Shown here: piece after piece, positions 9,296 through 19,179 of the stretch | Numbering within the stretch: the stretch's first letter is position 1 | Layout: each line of letters begins with the position of its first letter | Assembly: GCA_965243605.1 (NCBI GenBank) | Contig: CBDEVQ010000089.1 | Coordinates: 1,462 to 65,461 of the forward strand | Source: Flavobacteriales bacterium | GTDB taxonomy: Bacteria > Bacteroidota > Bacteroidia > Flavobacteriales > CAJXXR01 | DNA: 64,000 nt | Direction of reading: 5' to 3' | Notes under the pieces: model-generated | Database searches by the model: none | Seen by the model: only the letters and a program-made list of their open reading frames with translations | What the model was told of the DNA's origin: nothing | Translations under genes and position numbers: made by a program

Positions 9296-9826
9296 TCATT
9301 CATAAATTTTGGTTTCAATGGAACGCATTAAAGCTCTGCATAATTCATCTCCATCATCTTTAAATTCAAGATATTCTTTATATGCTTTTTCTGCATCATA
9401 CCTTGTAGATAAAGTAGAATCAAATTTCCAAAAACTCAACATTGATAAGTTTAATGTTTTATTTAAGGTTTCCGTAAGTTTTGCAATCTCGAATTTCTCG
9501 TTAGCATTAATATTAAAAATATCCTTAAAGTTGGGAGCTGAATAAATTATGACCATACGATCTTGTTTCCAGTCAGAAAATTCACTAACCCTTCTACTAA
9601 TTTTAGATTCTGAAATATCATCAACTGAAAAATCTTCTATATTTTCAATATGAATTAGTTCTTTTACATGCCCATGTTTATTATAAATTAGTGCCCAAAG
9701 TGCAGGTGTACCATGCAATTTAAACAATTGATGTAAATTAGGTTGAAAGGCTAGTTTTGATGATTGCTCTTTTGAAAATATTATTCTTGAAATTTGTGGA
9801 AATGACTGTATTTCTTGTATACACAT
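9296..9826 (-). CDS. Hypothetical protein
   Basis: ORF only; convergent with 8242..9288. Confidence 0.45.
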   Translation of the reverse strand: MCIQEIQSFPQISRIIFSKEQSSKLAFQPNLHQLFKLHGTPALWALIYNKHGHVKELIHIENIEDFSVDDISESKISRRVSEFSDWKQDRMVIIYSAPNFKDIFNINANEKFEIAKLTETLNKTLNLSMLSFWKFDSTLSTRYDAEKAYKEYLEFKDDGDELCRALMRSIETKIYE

Positions 9827-9933
9827 AGTTATTTTTTTTAGTTTCTAATTAAAAAATAACACAGTAAATATAACATTGTCAATATTCAAAAATATATTAT
9901 CCACAGCTCAAAGAGCTCGATACCAAAAACTAG

Positions 9934-9992
9934 CTAGATTGCGTATTTCATAGAAAAATCATCTCTTTATTTTCCGTGAAATACGCATCTAG
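9934..9992 (-). terminator. Long hairpin followed by a T-run, downstream of the helicase operon
   Basis: CTAGATTGCGTATTTCA (9934-9950) pairs with TGAAATACGCATCTAG (9977-9992). On the minus strand it is followed by CTAGTTTTTGG. Lies 23 nt after the stop at 10015. Confidence 0.5.
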
Positions 9993-10014
9993 CAAAGGAG
10001 ACCTTTTGAATCCC

Positions 10015-10899
10015 TTAATCCTTAACATATTTAATTACTGGCATAGACTTGTCAATCCCAATTATCAAGCTACCTTCAACTAGATTCTCAGTTAAAGTTT
10101 CCTTGTCTCTATGAACTACAGAGAACGTATGTCCTTGATTACTTCGTGGAATTCTAAATTTATCAGGCTTCTTCCACTCTTTGTTGAAAGGCCTAAAAAC
10201 TCTACTTAGATCCTCTAATTTATCCCACTCTAGCTTCTCACCCATAGGGTAATTAATTAACCTAAGTTGAATGGTTGGATATCCATCCTCTATGTCAATA
10301 TCTGGCATTTCACCAGGCTTCATCTGAGGCATTAATCTTAAGGGCTCCTGCTCTGGTTGCACTAGAACTATTGCCTTTGGAGCAGAATCAAGACCTTTAT
10401 TTTTCCAAGCAACATTATAAAATCTATACTCCATATCTTTAGTTATTACATATGGATTTAAGTTCATGTTTGAGTGCCTGAATTTTGACGTACCTCCCGG
10501 TAGAATAAAATGACTGCAAAAGTGTGTGCATAAAACATCATATTTATCATTTTGGGGAAACGACTTTCTATCAATAACATCTTGCAACCAAAATTCAGGC
10601 TCATAAGGAATTTGAAGTTCTGCAAAAAATGGAGTTTTTTTCTTTAAAGCAATGGCAACAAATTCAAAATATTTTGTTGGACCTAAGGCTGTAAACTCAA
10701 CTTTTGTATCCGCACTTTTGCCATCTTTATCCTTAAGAATACAATCTGGAGGATCGGATTCAGGTATATCTACCGTAAATCCATTCTTATAGCGTAAACC
10801 TATCAATGGAGACAAAAGATCAAGCGCCCATTTTTCATCTCCCTTTAATTCTCTGCTCATAGGGCTTATGTTCTCTTTGTTAATTTTATTCACTAACAA
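10015..10899 (-). CDS. Partner protein of the helicase-nuclease (294 aa), possible PD-(D/E)xK-like fold
   Basis: Overlaps the helicase stop by 14 nt. ESDPPDCILKDKDGKSADTKVEFTAL is only suggestive of a restriction-endonuclease-like core. Confidence 0.6.
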   Translation of the reverse strand: MLVNKINKENISPMSRELKGDEKWALDLLSPLIGLRYKNGFTVDIPESDPPDCILKDKDGKSADTKVEFTALGPTKYFEFVAIALKKKTPFFAELQIPYEPEFWLQDVIDRKSFPQNDKYDVLCTHFCSHFILPGGTSKFRHSNMNLNPYVITKDMEYRFYNVAWKNKGLDSAPKAIVLVQPEQEPLRLMPQMKPGEMPDIDIEDGYPTIQLRLINYPMGEKLEWDKLEDLSRVFRPFNKEWKKPDKFRIPRSNQGHTFSVVHRDKETLTENLVEGSLIIGIDKSMPVIKYVKD

Positions 10900-13800
10900 T
10901 AATATTAAGATTAATATCTGCTACTTCTTTTAAATAATTTTCTGTCACCCCTAATAAAGTCATAATAGATTCAGTAGTATTAGCTTTTGATAAACTAGGC
11001 TGTACTATGTAAATTTCAAATGTCATTGGTTTTCTATTTTTTGCTAAAAGCAATAACCTCTCCAAATCATCTTCAGTCCCTTTTTCTATCCTACTCCTTT
11101 CTTCACCTTGTCTTGTTTTAATTTTCCTCCTTAAAAGATGCTCGAAAAACTCAGTCCCTTTTTTATGCTTCCAATGAATAGACTTTTGAGCTTGACCACA
11201 AACTTCATAAAAATTGTCGACCCTCGTATTTACAGCGCCACCTTTTGCAAATTTTATATGATAGAATTCGACTTTAATTTCATTATCTAATTCTTTAATT
11301 GCCACCACATCCGCAATTTCTCCAGAATAATCGTCGTCATAAATAATATCAAAATCTAATTGTTTTAAGTTATCAATAACCTTATATTGTATTGAATTAG
11401 TTAACAACGGCCTAACATGTTGAGACTCTTTATTTATATCCACACCATGCCAATCCCAAACAATTAGTTTTTCAGCTGGGTAAGGTTGCATTATTTGTTT
11501 TAATTCAACATGTTCATTCCCCTGAAGAGTAGACCCATCAGCAAACCAGATCACTACAGGGTTTTCATTTAAATAGGATTCTAGATCAAGAGGCTTATTC
11601 CCCAAAACTATCTCAGATTTTACATCATTAGTTTTCACAACACGGAAATTTGGAAACCGCACATCCTCTGAACTTTTATCCATAAATAATTCTAGTTTAA
11701 ACTTAACTGATAGAGATGGGGTTACAACTTCAAAATCAATAGACCCAGTATTGTTTAGGTTTATCAATTGAATTGAGCAATTATCTGATCCAAATTCTAC
11801 ATTATTAACAACGAAGGATATTTTTGACTCAGCCAAATTATAAAAACTATCATCCCAATCAATATGAGTTGGATAAATTTTTGGAATTTCTGTTACATCC
11901 TTAGGGGTCAAGGTCTGCCTTAAAACTTGATTTGGATCTACACTATCATCATTCAGCTTCTTTCCAAGATTTTTACACCAATTTACAAAGCCTCTTAAGT
12001 CATCTCTTAAATAGCTCCATATACGTCCTTTTTTATAAGAACACCCCAGCGTTATTTTTTCTCCATCCTCATATCCTGACCCAAAAACGAAAGCTTTCTG
12101 CCCGCTCTGTTGTTCCGCCAGAGATAAGGCATCTTCTATATCCGTACCCACCCTCATTGTAAATCGTATTTTTCGATTTAAAAACTGTTTGAGACCAACA
12201 TTTTGAAGTGAAACACGATTAATTCCATGGAAACTTTTAAAAACGTTTAACTTATTGATAGGCTCTGCTGAATCATACAATATTGCATTAGCTAGTTTTC
12301 TATATGAACTAGACTTATCTGAACTATGAATGAAAAGTAAATCCTCACTAGTATCATAAAATAATACAGTTAGTTTCCAATCTAACCCAAAGACTTCCTT
12401 ATAATTAACCCAGTCAATACCTACCTTACTAGCGGTTATGAGTACTAAGGTATTTTCGCTAGTGTTTACATTCGGAAACTTATACTCTAACTCATCATAA
12501 TTCACTATACCCCTATTAAACCCTTTAAGATTAAACCTTTTACCAGGTTCATTATTCTTATACACAACAGCACTTAAAGCAAACCGTATATTCTGAAATG
12601 GTATTTTAGAGTTTTCTAGGTGTTGAAAACCATTCATAAATTCATTAAAATCAATTTGCTCTTCAATCTCCTCTTCACTGGAGATCGATAATAATGAATT
12701 CCAATTAGAATCTTGTGCATAAAGCTCACTTAGCTCATTCTCAGTATCGACATTCGCCAGATTTGCTATAAAACTAGCATTATTCAATTCGTCGTCAATT
12801 GATGTTCTTGTGAACCTACCTGCGAACTGAAGAGTAACTGGTAAACTTTTTCTTATGTCATGAAAGGCAGCCACTTTCAATTGCGGCAAATCAAACCCTT
12901 CACCTAACATATTCACTGCTACTATTATTTTATGCTCACCGTTTATTATAGATTCTAAAATTTCTTTTTTCCGAACAACAGATGAGTGTACCAAAACTGG
13001 ATTTAAATCAGTATATTCCTCATAAAGACTAAATACATGCTCTGCTCTACTTTTATTTTGACAACGTGCCATTAGAATATGATTATAACCATTGGAAATG
13101 TCGCTCCGTAAAATCTCAACTGCTTTTTCTGATATCAGCTTATCTGCTTTTTCAAAATCATATTCCCTTATTGGAATAAAGTTAATAGGCTTAAAATAAC
13201 CTTGCTCCTGTGCTTTTTTAAGAGAGAAATTAAATATTACCCTCCCTTCAAGTCGCTTCCTGTCATTTCTAAATGGAGTAGCTGTAAACTGCAAAACCTT
13301 GTTTTTGTCAAATACAGATCTTACTTTTTTCCATGATGACGCCTCAATGTGATGAGCTTCATCGATAAATATGTGAGAAAATTGCTCATTAAGTAAGCCA
13401 AGTGTTTCTATGTTATTGTTTGACAACAGATTCATAGTTGTAATAACTACGTTACAACTTTCAAGAAATTCAATCAACTCACCATTAGACTGAAAATTTT
13501 CTTTTAATAAGCCAACCTTAGGGTATAAAGTATTTTCTTCTAAAATACCAAAGTCTTTAAGTAATCCTAATTTTGAAAATTTGTTTCCAATTTGATTTCT
13601 TAATGCATCAGAAGGTACTGTAATCAAAAGCTTTTCACACTTATTTGCTGTTAATGCTGCTAACATTGTCTCAGTTTTACCAGTACCTGTCGGCATTACA
13701 ACTGTTCCTATTTCATTACCCACCTTAAGGTGACTTAGTATAGAATATAATCCTGCTATTTGAGGTTCCCTTAATCCATTTACAGAGTCAGTTTCTTCAA

Positions 13801-14146
13801 TGAAGTTAAAATTCCCTTCCCAAGAATCAGTAATTTCCTGATTTGAATAAGTTGCTAACTTAGGATGCTTAATCCATTGACCAAACAACACCTCATTGTT
13901 TTCAAATTTATCTAATGTTACCTTACCCTTAACCTTAATAACATACTCATAACCTCCTGGATCATATTCTAATTTTGTTACAAGACAATAATTTACTTCG
14001 TTAGATCTTATAATTGAATAGCCGCGATGAGAAGAAATAAACTCAAAATCTCCTTTTATTTCTCGATCCAGAAGTTGGGTTATAATATTTTTACACCCTG
14101 CTCTTTTCCAAATTGTGCTTTCTAATTTAGGTAGTTTTAATTCCAT
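10886..14146 (-). CDS. SF2 (ResIII/DEAH-type) helicase, 1086 aa, with long C-terminal extension (nuclease-like)
   Basis: Motif I VVMPTGTGKTETM, motif II IFIDEAHHIE, motif III QFTATPFRND, motif VI QFAGRFTR. C-terminal DDDYSGEIADVVAIKELDNEIKVEFYHIKFAKGG resembles a D..E..K endonuclease core. Confidence 0.85.
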   Translation of the reverse strand: MELKLPKLESTIWKRAGCKNIITQLLDREIKGDFEFISSHRGYSIIRSNEVNYCLVTKLEYDPGGYEYVIKVKGKVTLDKFENNEVLFGQWIKHPKLATYSNQEITDSWEGNFNFIEETDSVNGLREPQIAGLYSILSHLKVGNEIGTVVMPTGTGKTETMLAALTANKCEKLLITVPSDALRNQIGNKFSKLGLLKDFGILEENTLYPKVGLLKENFQSNGELIEFLESCNVVITTMNLLSNNNIETLGLLNEQFSHIFIDEAHHIEASSWKKVRSVFDKNKVLQFTATPFRNDRKRLEGRVIFNFSLKKAQEQGYFKPINFIPIREYDFEKADKLISEKAVEILRSDISNGYNHILMARCQNKSRAEHVFSLYEEYTDLNPVLVHSSVVRKKEILESIINGEHKIIVAVNMLGEGFDLPQLKVAAFHDIRKSLPVTLQFAGRFTRTSIDDELNNASFIANLANVDTENELSELYAQDSNWNSLLSISSEEEIEEQIDFNEFMNGFQHLENSKIPFQNIRFALSAVVYKNNEPGKRFNLKGFNRGIVNYDELEYKFPNVNTSENTLVLITASKVGIDWVNYKEVFGLDWKLTVLFYDTSEDLLFIHSSDKSSSYRKLANAILYDSAEPINKLNVFKSFHGINRVSLQNVGLKQFLNRKIRFTMRVGTDIEDALSLAEQQSGQKAFVFGSGYEDGEKITLGCSYKKGRIWSYLRDDLRGFVNWCKNLGKKLNDDSVDPNQVLRQTLTPKDVTEIPKIYPTHIDWDDSFYNLAESKISFVVNNVEFGSDNCSIQLINLNNTGSIDFEVVTPSLSVKFKLELFMDKSSEDVRFPNFRVVKTNDVKSEIVLGNKPLDLESYLNENPVVIWFADGSTLQGNEHVELKQIMQPYPAEKLIVWDWHGVDINKESQHVRPLLTNSIQYKVIDNLKQLDFDIIYDDDYSGEIADVVAIKELDNEIKVEFYHIKFAKGGAVNTRVDNFYEVCGQAQKSIHWKHKKGTEFFEHLLRRKIKTRQGEERSRIEKGTEDDLERLLLLAKNRKPMTFEIYIVQPSLSKANTTESIMTLLGVTENYLKEVADINLNIIVSE

Positions 14147-14454
14147 TTATTTTTATAATTAATGCTATAAATACATAATAACATATTAAAGTAATGCTAA
14201 AATTCTGTTTATTAATAGATTATCTATTAAATGTTTACGGACAAACATTTCTTAAAAAAATCCATAAAGATTCTTTTAAGAAAAATGAAAATTTACTTTT
14301 ACAAGTAAGTGTATCAAAAATAGTGTTTTAATTATTACATTCATGTGATGATTATCATAATTTAATTGTAATAACTTATTTAACAAAAAAATCAATCGTA
14401 TCACAGATCAAAAAGAAAAACACAGCTATTAACCATGTTCTTTTTCTTAATCAA

Positions 14455-14967
14455 CTATTCTCTCAAGTAATATGTTAGCCCCATACTCACCGCATCAAAA
14501 ATTCCTGCTCGGTGGTTTTCACTGAGCCATTTCTTACGCTCAGGAAAGGCGTACTTTTTAAGATCTGGATAAGCTTTAATAAGAACTTTTGAAATTTCAT
14601 ATTTTGTATAGGCATTATATCCACTAAATACTTCACGAATGAGCGTTCGTGAAAAGCGATGTATTTTTAACCCTCTATCCTTAGCAACATCTTCTATCTT
14701 ATTCACAAGCTTCTTCATTCGCTTCCCTGCTTGTTCTCCTGAGTCTCTCAGTAGTACAATGTCAGGTTCATAGAAATCCAAATACTTCTGGACACGCTTC
14801 TTCGCTCTTATATTGCATGCGGGTTGAACATAAGCTACTCCACAATCAACTATATCTTTTACGCTATGAAATAGAGCATATGCAATCCCCCATTGGTTTG
14901 GATAAAGAGCGAGTATGGTGCTATTATTCTTCACACTCCTGTGGGATAAGTTTTCGTAAAATATCAT
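14455..14967 (-). CDS. Hypothetical protein with RuvC/RNase-H-like pattern
   Basis: ILALYPNQWGIAYALF ... YEPDIVLLRD ... AGIFDAVSMGLTYY parallels RuvC strand/helix order, but the first acidic residue is Tyr. Confidence 0.45.
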   Translation of the reverse strand: MIFYENLSHRSVKNNSTILALYPNQWGIAYALFHSVKDIVDCGVAYVQPACNIRAKKRVQKYLDFYEPDIVLLRDSGEQAGKRMKKLVNKIEDVAKDRGLKIHRFSRTLIREVFSGYNAYTKYEISKVLIKAYPDLKKYAFPERKKWLSENHRAGIFDAVSMGLTYYLRE

Positions 14968-15277
14968 TTATTGCATTCTTTCTGCTTTCAGAATTATAGT
15001 CTGATTTTATAGACTCTATCTTTTCTAGAAGCTGAAAGCATTTGCTTTCTATTGATTCTCGTAAGCGTTCGTATTCTTCATGAATTATAGTAGGTATTGG
15101 CAAATCAAATAATATGTGGTATCCTAAAACTACTTTGAGCTCGGGAGATAAATTCTTTCCGTTCTCAAAGCGTGAAAGTTTACTAGGAGTTATTCCTAAA
15201 AGAAAGGCTATATCAGTTATCTGTAAGGCCTTTCTTCGCCTGTGAGCGGATAGGTGGTACTTTTTATATGCTTTCAT
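14924..15277 (-). CDS. XRE-family HTH regulator
   Basis: LQITDIAFLLGITPSKLSRFENGKN helix-turn-helix. Overlaps the next gene by 44 nt. Confidence 0.75.
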   Translation of the reverse strand: MKAYKKYHLSAHRRRKALQITDIAFLLGITPSKLSRFENGKNLSPELKVVLGYHILFDLPIPTIIHEEYERLRESIESKCFQLLEKIESIKSDYNSESRKNAINDILRKLIPQECEE

Positions 15278-15542
15278 GGTTAATCATTACGACAGTCGTT
15301 AATGGTTAATAATAGACTTAGGCAATGATTCTGTGTCAGCAGAAATTCATTGCCTTTTTCTATTCTACCCCTTATTGACAGACACTAAAGGCAAAGGAAT
15401 ATGCAGATCAAACTAATGAGCTTATAAAACAAAAAGTATTGTTACGATTTGTATTATGATTAGTTTAATATCTAATTAGTTTAATCGTGTTTCAATTTGT
15501 AACAGGATTTTTACCAAGAAAAAAAACACCTTTTTAAGATTT

Positions 15543-15890
15543 TTAATAGTCCAATAATGGCTTACTTGAATAGAATAATTTTGAGGCCATTTGTCTTTGC
15601 TTAGCTGTGAATACTTCCCTGCCCATTTCATTATAGATTTTTACAAGTTCCTTTCGGCATAGAGCATCTATTCCCTCCGATACAGATTTAGGTGACATGC
15701 CTGTAAGCATCGCAAATAGTCGTTGGGTAATCCATGCCCTTTCAACACGTTTACCTTTGTATTTCTTACTCATCATTCCAAATGTTCTTCTAATGATTAT
15801 GAGCAAGACTTTGGTTTCTGATTCAGATAATTTTTGTAATAGCTTATCAAAAAGAATGTTTGGTGTTTGAGTTGAATGTTTATAGTTCAT
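15543..15890 (-). CDS. Replication-protein-O-like winged-helix protein
   Basis: TQTPNILFDKLLQKLSESETKVLLIIIRRTFG...AWITQRLFAMLTGMSPKSVSEGIDALCRKELV matches the phage Rep-O N-terminal-domain pattern as I recall it. Confidence 0.55.
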   Translation of the reverse strand: MNYKHSTQTPNILFDKLLQKLSESETKVLLIIIRRTFGMMSKKYKGKRVERAWITQRLFAMLTGMSPKSVSEGIDALCRKELVKIYNEMGREVFTAKQRQMASKLFYSSKPLLDY

Positions 15891-15922
15891 ATGGTCTAAG
15901 TATAATTCTTTTACACTACGAA

Positions 15923-15962
15923 ATATAGACCAAGGAATATGGGATATTCTCTTGGTCTATAT
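15923..15962. promoter_or_regulatory. Inverted repeat ATATAGACCAAGGAATAT / ATATTCTCTTGGTCTATAT upstream of the Rep-O-like gene
   Basis: Read directly. Lies 33-72 nt upstream of the start at 15890. The half-site recurs at 20063 and 21282. Confidence 0.5.
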
Positions 15963-16320
15963 ACGTTTGTAATGATTTTTTATAATGCTTAGTACAATTA
16001 TGCATATCCCCCTGAAATTACCTCAAAACAAAACGGCTGAATTTATCAAGATTTATAATCAAGTATTTGGTATTGTACTCAGCACTGAAGAAGCCAATGC
16101 TGAAGTTTATAGGTTACTCTCTCTGATTTCATTATTTACAGAAGAGTCGTAAATAGACCCAGTATGATGAGAGCTTTAGTCGTGATTTATTTACTCGGTT
16201 GATACGTGATATATTGTATATGCTACATAAGAACAATCCGATTTAAGCTAAAAAGGACAACAGAAGATTTTTTGTGTAGCAACTTAAATCCTAATTCTGT
16301 TGTTCTTTTTTATTACAATT

Positions 16321-18036
16321 ATGAAAACAGAAAATATTACATATTTTCTCTATGCAAGAAAGTCCAGTGAGTCTGAAGACAGACAAATGGCATCTATTAA
16401 CAATCAAATCGAAGTTGTTAAAGAATTGGCAAAAAGCAAAGGTATTGAAATTGCTGAAGTATTTGAGGAATCAAAATCCGCAAAAGCTCCAGGACGACCC
16501 GTTTTCAACGAAATGATGACTCGCATCGAACAAGGTGAAGCTGATGGGATTATTTGTTGGAAATTAAATCGACTTGCCCGAAACCCCGTTGACGGTGGAC
16601 GAGTCAGTTGGTTATTACAAAATCGAATCATTAAACATATTCAATGTAATAGCAGCAGCTATCGCCCAACGGATAATGTGTTAATGATGGCCGTTGAACT
16701 TGGAATGGCTAATCAATTTGTTAAAGACCTGAGTGTTGATATTAAACGAGGGGTTCATGCTAAGGCACAAAGAGGATGGTATCCTGCACCGCAACCACCT
16801 CTTGGATACAAACACAATAAGAGCTCTAAGAAAACGGTCTTGAGTGAAGAGATTATTCCAGACCCAATAACCTTTCCCGCTGTTAAGAAATTATGGAAAT
16901 TAATGTCTACAGGAGATTACACCCTTAGGCAAATCAAAGCCGTTGGAGACCAGCTTGGACTTAAGACTCACCGTAGGTCTTTTTTAAGCCTCTCAGGCTA
17001 CAACAGGCTATTTAAACACACTTTTTACCACGGAACGTTCCACTGGAAGGATGATAATGGAGAGTATATTAAATACAAAGGAAAACATAAAACGATGATT
17101 TCTGAACATGAATATAATAAGGTTCAAGAATCTCTTCTATCTAACATTACATCCAGCACACCCTCCAAATGCGAATTTAAATACAGGGGCTGGCTGAGGT
17201 GTGGCGAATGCAGTTCAATGATTACCGCTGAACGTAAAAAGCAAGCTCGATGCACAGGGTGTAATCATAAGTTTTCAATCATTCAGAAGCAAACTTGTCC
17301 AAAATGTAGATTAGAACTTAAGGACATGATTCAACCTAGTATTCTTGATAAAACGTATTATAGATGCACAAGAAGTAAAGTTTGTTCTCAGAAATATATT
17401 GAGGAAAGTAAATTAGAGGGTCAGTATATTAGTCTCATTTCCAAGCTCTATATTCCTGAAGCTTTTCAATCCTTTCTACTTGAATCTCTGGAGGATATTG
17501 AAAAAGAAGAAAACAAAGATTCCAAAGAGCTTCTTTGCTCCCTAGAAAAAGAAAAAAAACGTATTGAAAAACGTTTGGAGTCACTCGTATTAATGCGTGC
17601 TGATGGTGAAATTGAAAAGGATTCATTTCTTAAAAGCAGACTTAAATTAGAGAATGAATTAAAGGAATTTGAAAAACAAATTCACCAGATTAGTTACTCT
17701 ACTATTCACTGGAAAAAGGAGCTGAAATCTTATCTAGATATTGGAAAACAAGGGCTTAAAATTTTAAAATCTAATGATAAAAGGAAGATAAAGCGGTTCA
17801 TGAAGAAAATATCTTCGAACCAGACACTTTTTTCCAATTCCCTTTATATTACAACGTCTAAACCACTTTTAGCCATTGAATCATGCAAGGTAGCATTCAC
17901 TACCCAAAAACACACCTTCGAACCAAAAAACCCCCTTGTAAAACAAAGGGATTTGGATGATTTTGAGACTGGTCGTCTCGTTTGGTGGACAGAAGTACGC
18001 CAACTTCGAAAAGTCTTCATGTCACACCCACAATAA
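16321..18036 (+). CDS. Large serine recombinase (integrase)
   Basis: The resolvase catalytic region is YFLYARKSSESEDRQ ... GIICWKLNRLARN. It is followed by a recombinase domain, a Cys-rich zinc ribbon (CGECSSMITAERKKQARCTGCNHKF..CPKC) and a coiled coil. ATG at 16321 is preferred over the TTG at 16300. Confidence 0.9.
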   Translation: MKTENITYFLYARKSSESEDRQMASINNQIEVVKELAKSKGIEIAEVFEESKSAKAPGRPVFNEMMTRIEQGEADGIICWKLNRLARNPVDGGRVSWLLQNRIIKHIQCNSSSYRPTDNVLMMAVELGMANQFVKDLSVDIKRGVHAKAQRGWYPAPQPPLGYKHNKSSKKTVLSEEIIPDPITFPAVKKLWKLMSTGDYTLRQIKAVGDQLGLKTHRRSFLSLSGYNRLFKHTFYHGTFHWKDDNGEYIKYKGKHKTMISEHEYNKVQESLLSNITSSTPSKCEFKYRGWLRCGECSSMITAERKKQARCTGCNHKFSIIQKQTCPKCRLELKDMIQPSILDKTYYRCTRSKVCSQKYIEESKLEGQYISLISKLYIPEAFQSFLLESLEDIEKEENKDSKELLCSLEKEKKRIEKRLESLVLMRADGEIEKDSFLKSRLKLENELKEFEKQIHQISYSTIHWKKELKSYLDIGKQGLKILKSNDKRKIKRFMKKISSNQTLFSNSLYITTSKPLLAIESCKVAFTTQKHTFEPKNPLVKQRDLDDFETGRLVWWTEVRQLRKVFMSHPQ

Positions 18037-18060
18037 ACAACATCTCATGCATAGAGAAAC

Positions 18061-18084
18061 AAAACACACCTCATGGTGTGTTTT
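18061..18084. terminator. Hairpin between convergent genes
   Basis: AAAACACACC-TCAT-GGTGTGTTTT. Confidence 0.55.
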
Positions 18085-18097
18085 CAATTAAGATTAT

Positions 18098-18580
18098 TTA
18101 CTTTTTTGGTTTTTGATACAAGGAAATAAAGTCGTCCTTTGAGGAGGTCGAATCCTTCCCTTTTGTTCGTGTAACTCTCGAGCTATTAAACAAAGTTCGG
18201 CACCTAATATTAAATGCGCTATAGGATATTTTCTGATCTTCACCTTTGGCTATTTTTAGATAAGACTCGTACCACTGAATATTTGTTAGTCTGTGGTCTT
18301 TTGCTTTTACTAAAATATCAAAGGCTGTCTCTGCCACCATATTTAAGGCAGAACTTCTAGAGTTCTCAAGATCTAAATTCAGTTCATCTAGCTTCTTCTT
18401 TTGCTCTTCATCTAAGTATTTTATAAAAACCTTGATGTCGCTATAGGACTCTTTTAAGCGATCTTGAATTTGCTTTTTCTCATCTCGTGAAGTCTGTATT
18501 TCCTCTTCGACTTTAGTTAAAGATACTCTATCGTTCTTTATATTTTCGATGAGAACATCAATCATGTCTGTTGTTTTCAT
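18098..18580 (-). CDS. Hypothetical coiled-coil protein
   Basis: ORF only; charged heptad-like sequence. Confidence 0.5.
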   Translation of the reverse strand: MKTTDMIDVLIENIKNDRVSLTKVEEEIQTSRDEKKQIQDRLKESYSDIKVFIKYLDEEQKKKLDELNLDLENSRSSALNMVAETAFDILVKAKDHRLTNIQWYESYLKIAKGEDQKISYSAFNIRCRTLFNSSRVTRTKGKDSTSSKDDFISLYQKPKK

Positions 18581-18607
18581 AGCAATTGTTTTAAATGGTT
18601 CACATAT

Positions 18608-19159
18608 TTAAAGAGCTCTCAGATCTTGGTGAATGATTAGTTCATGGTTTTCAAAGTCTCTGGAGCCCGTCATTTCTGTCTTCATCTCTTCAGCGAGTTC
18701 TAAACTTGGAAACCAACGTAGTGGAGGTGAATCGACCGTTCGTATGTCTTCCTTGTAAACTTCAAGCATAAAAATACCGTAGCCATATTGAGCTCTTCCA
18801 CTCTTTATCTTAAGTCGATTGAAATTTGAAAAGTCATAATCATCAAATTCTACTACCATTTTTGAATTGAGATAGTGCCCATACATTCCAAGCTGACTTA
18901 AGATATTTTGGATATAGAGATTGCTCGGGTATTCACTCAGGTATTTCTGATTTTCCTGCCAATCTATTAAATACTTAATGACATCAGCATCTGTGATTTC
19001 ATGCGGATCAGGATGACTTAAGCAGGCTCTGATATCCTCTCGTTCTTTACTGGTAAAAAAGTTATAAGCAAATGAAGATTTCTTAGTACTTTCTTTTTTG
19101 AGCACAAGGTATTCTTTCAAATAATGTAGTATTATTTGATTTTTTGTTAGGTTGTCCAT
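18608..19159 (-). CDS. Hypothetical protein
   Basis: ORF only; in an operon-like series with the methyltransferase gene. Confidence 0.5.
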   Translation of the reverse strand: MDNLTKNQIILHYLKEYLVLKKESTKKSSFAYNFFTSKEREDIRACLSHPDPHEITDADVIKYLIDWQENQKYLSEYPSNLYIQNILSQLGMYGHYLNSKMVVEFDDYDFSNFNRLKIKSGRAQYGYGIFMLEVYKEDIRTVDSPPLRWFPSLELAEEMKTEMTGSRDFENHELIIHQDLRAL

Positions 19160-19179
19160 AACAAGGTGATTTAAAAGAT

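Noticed and set aside
15985-16152. 55-aa plus-strand ORF upstream of the serine recombinase (possible excisionase/RDF)
   Set aside because: It is an open frame with an ATG, but it has no recognisable HTH or Xis-like motif and falls below the level of support I require. Worth a look only if the recombinase is studied.
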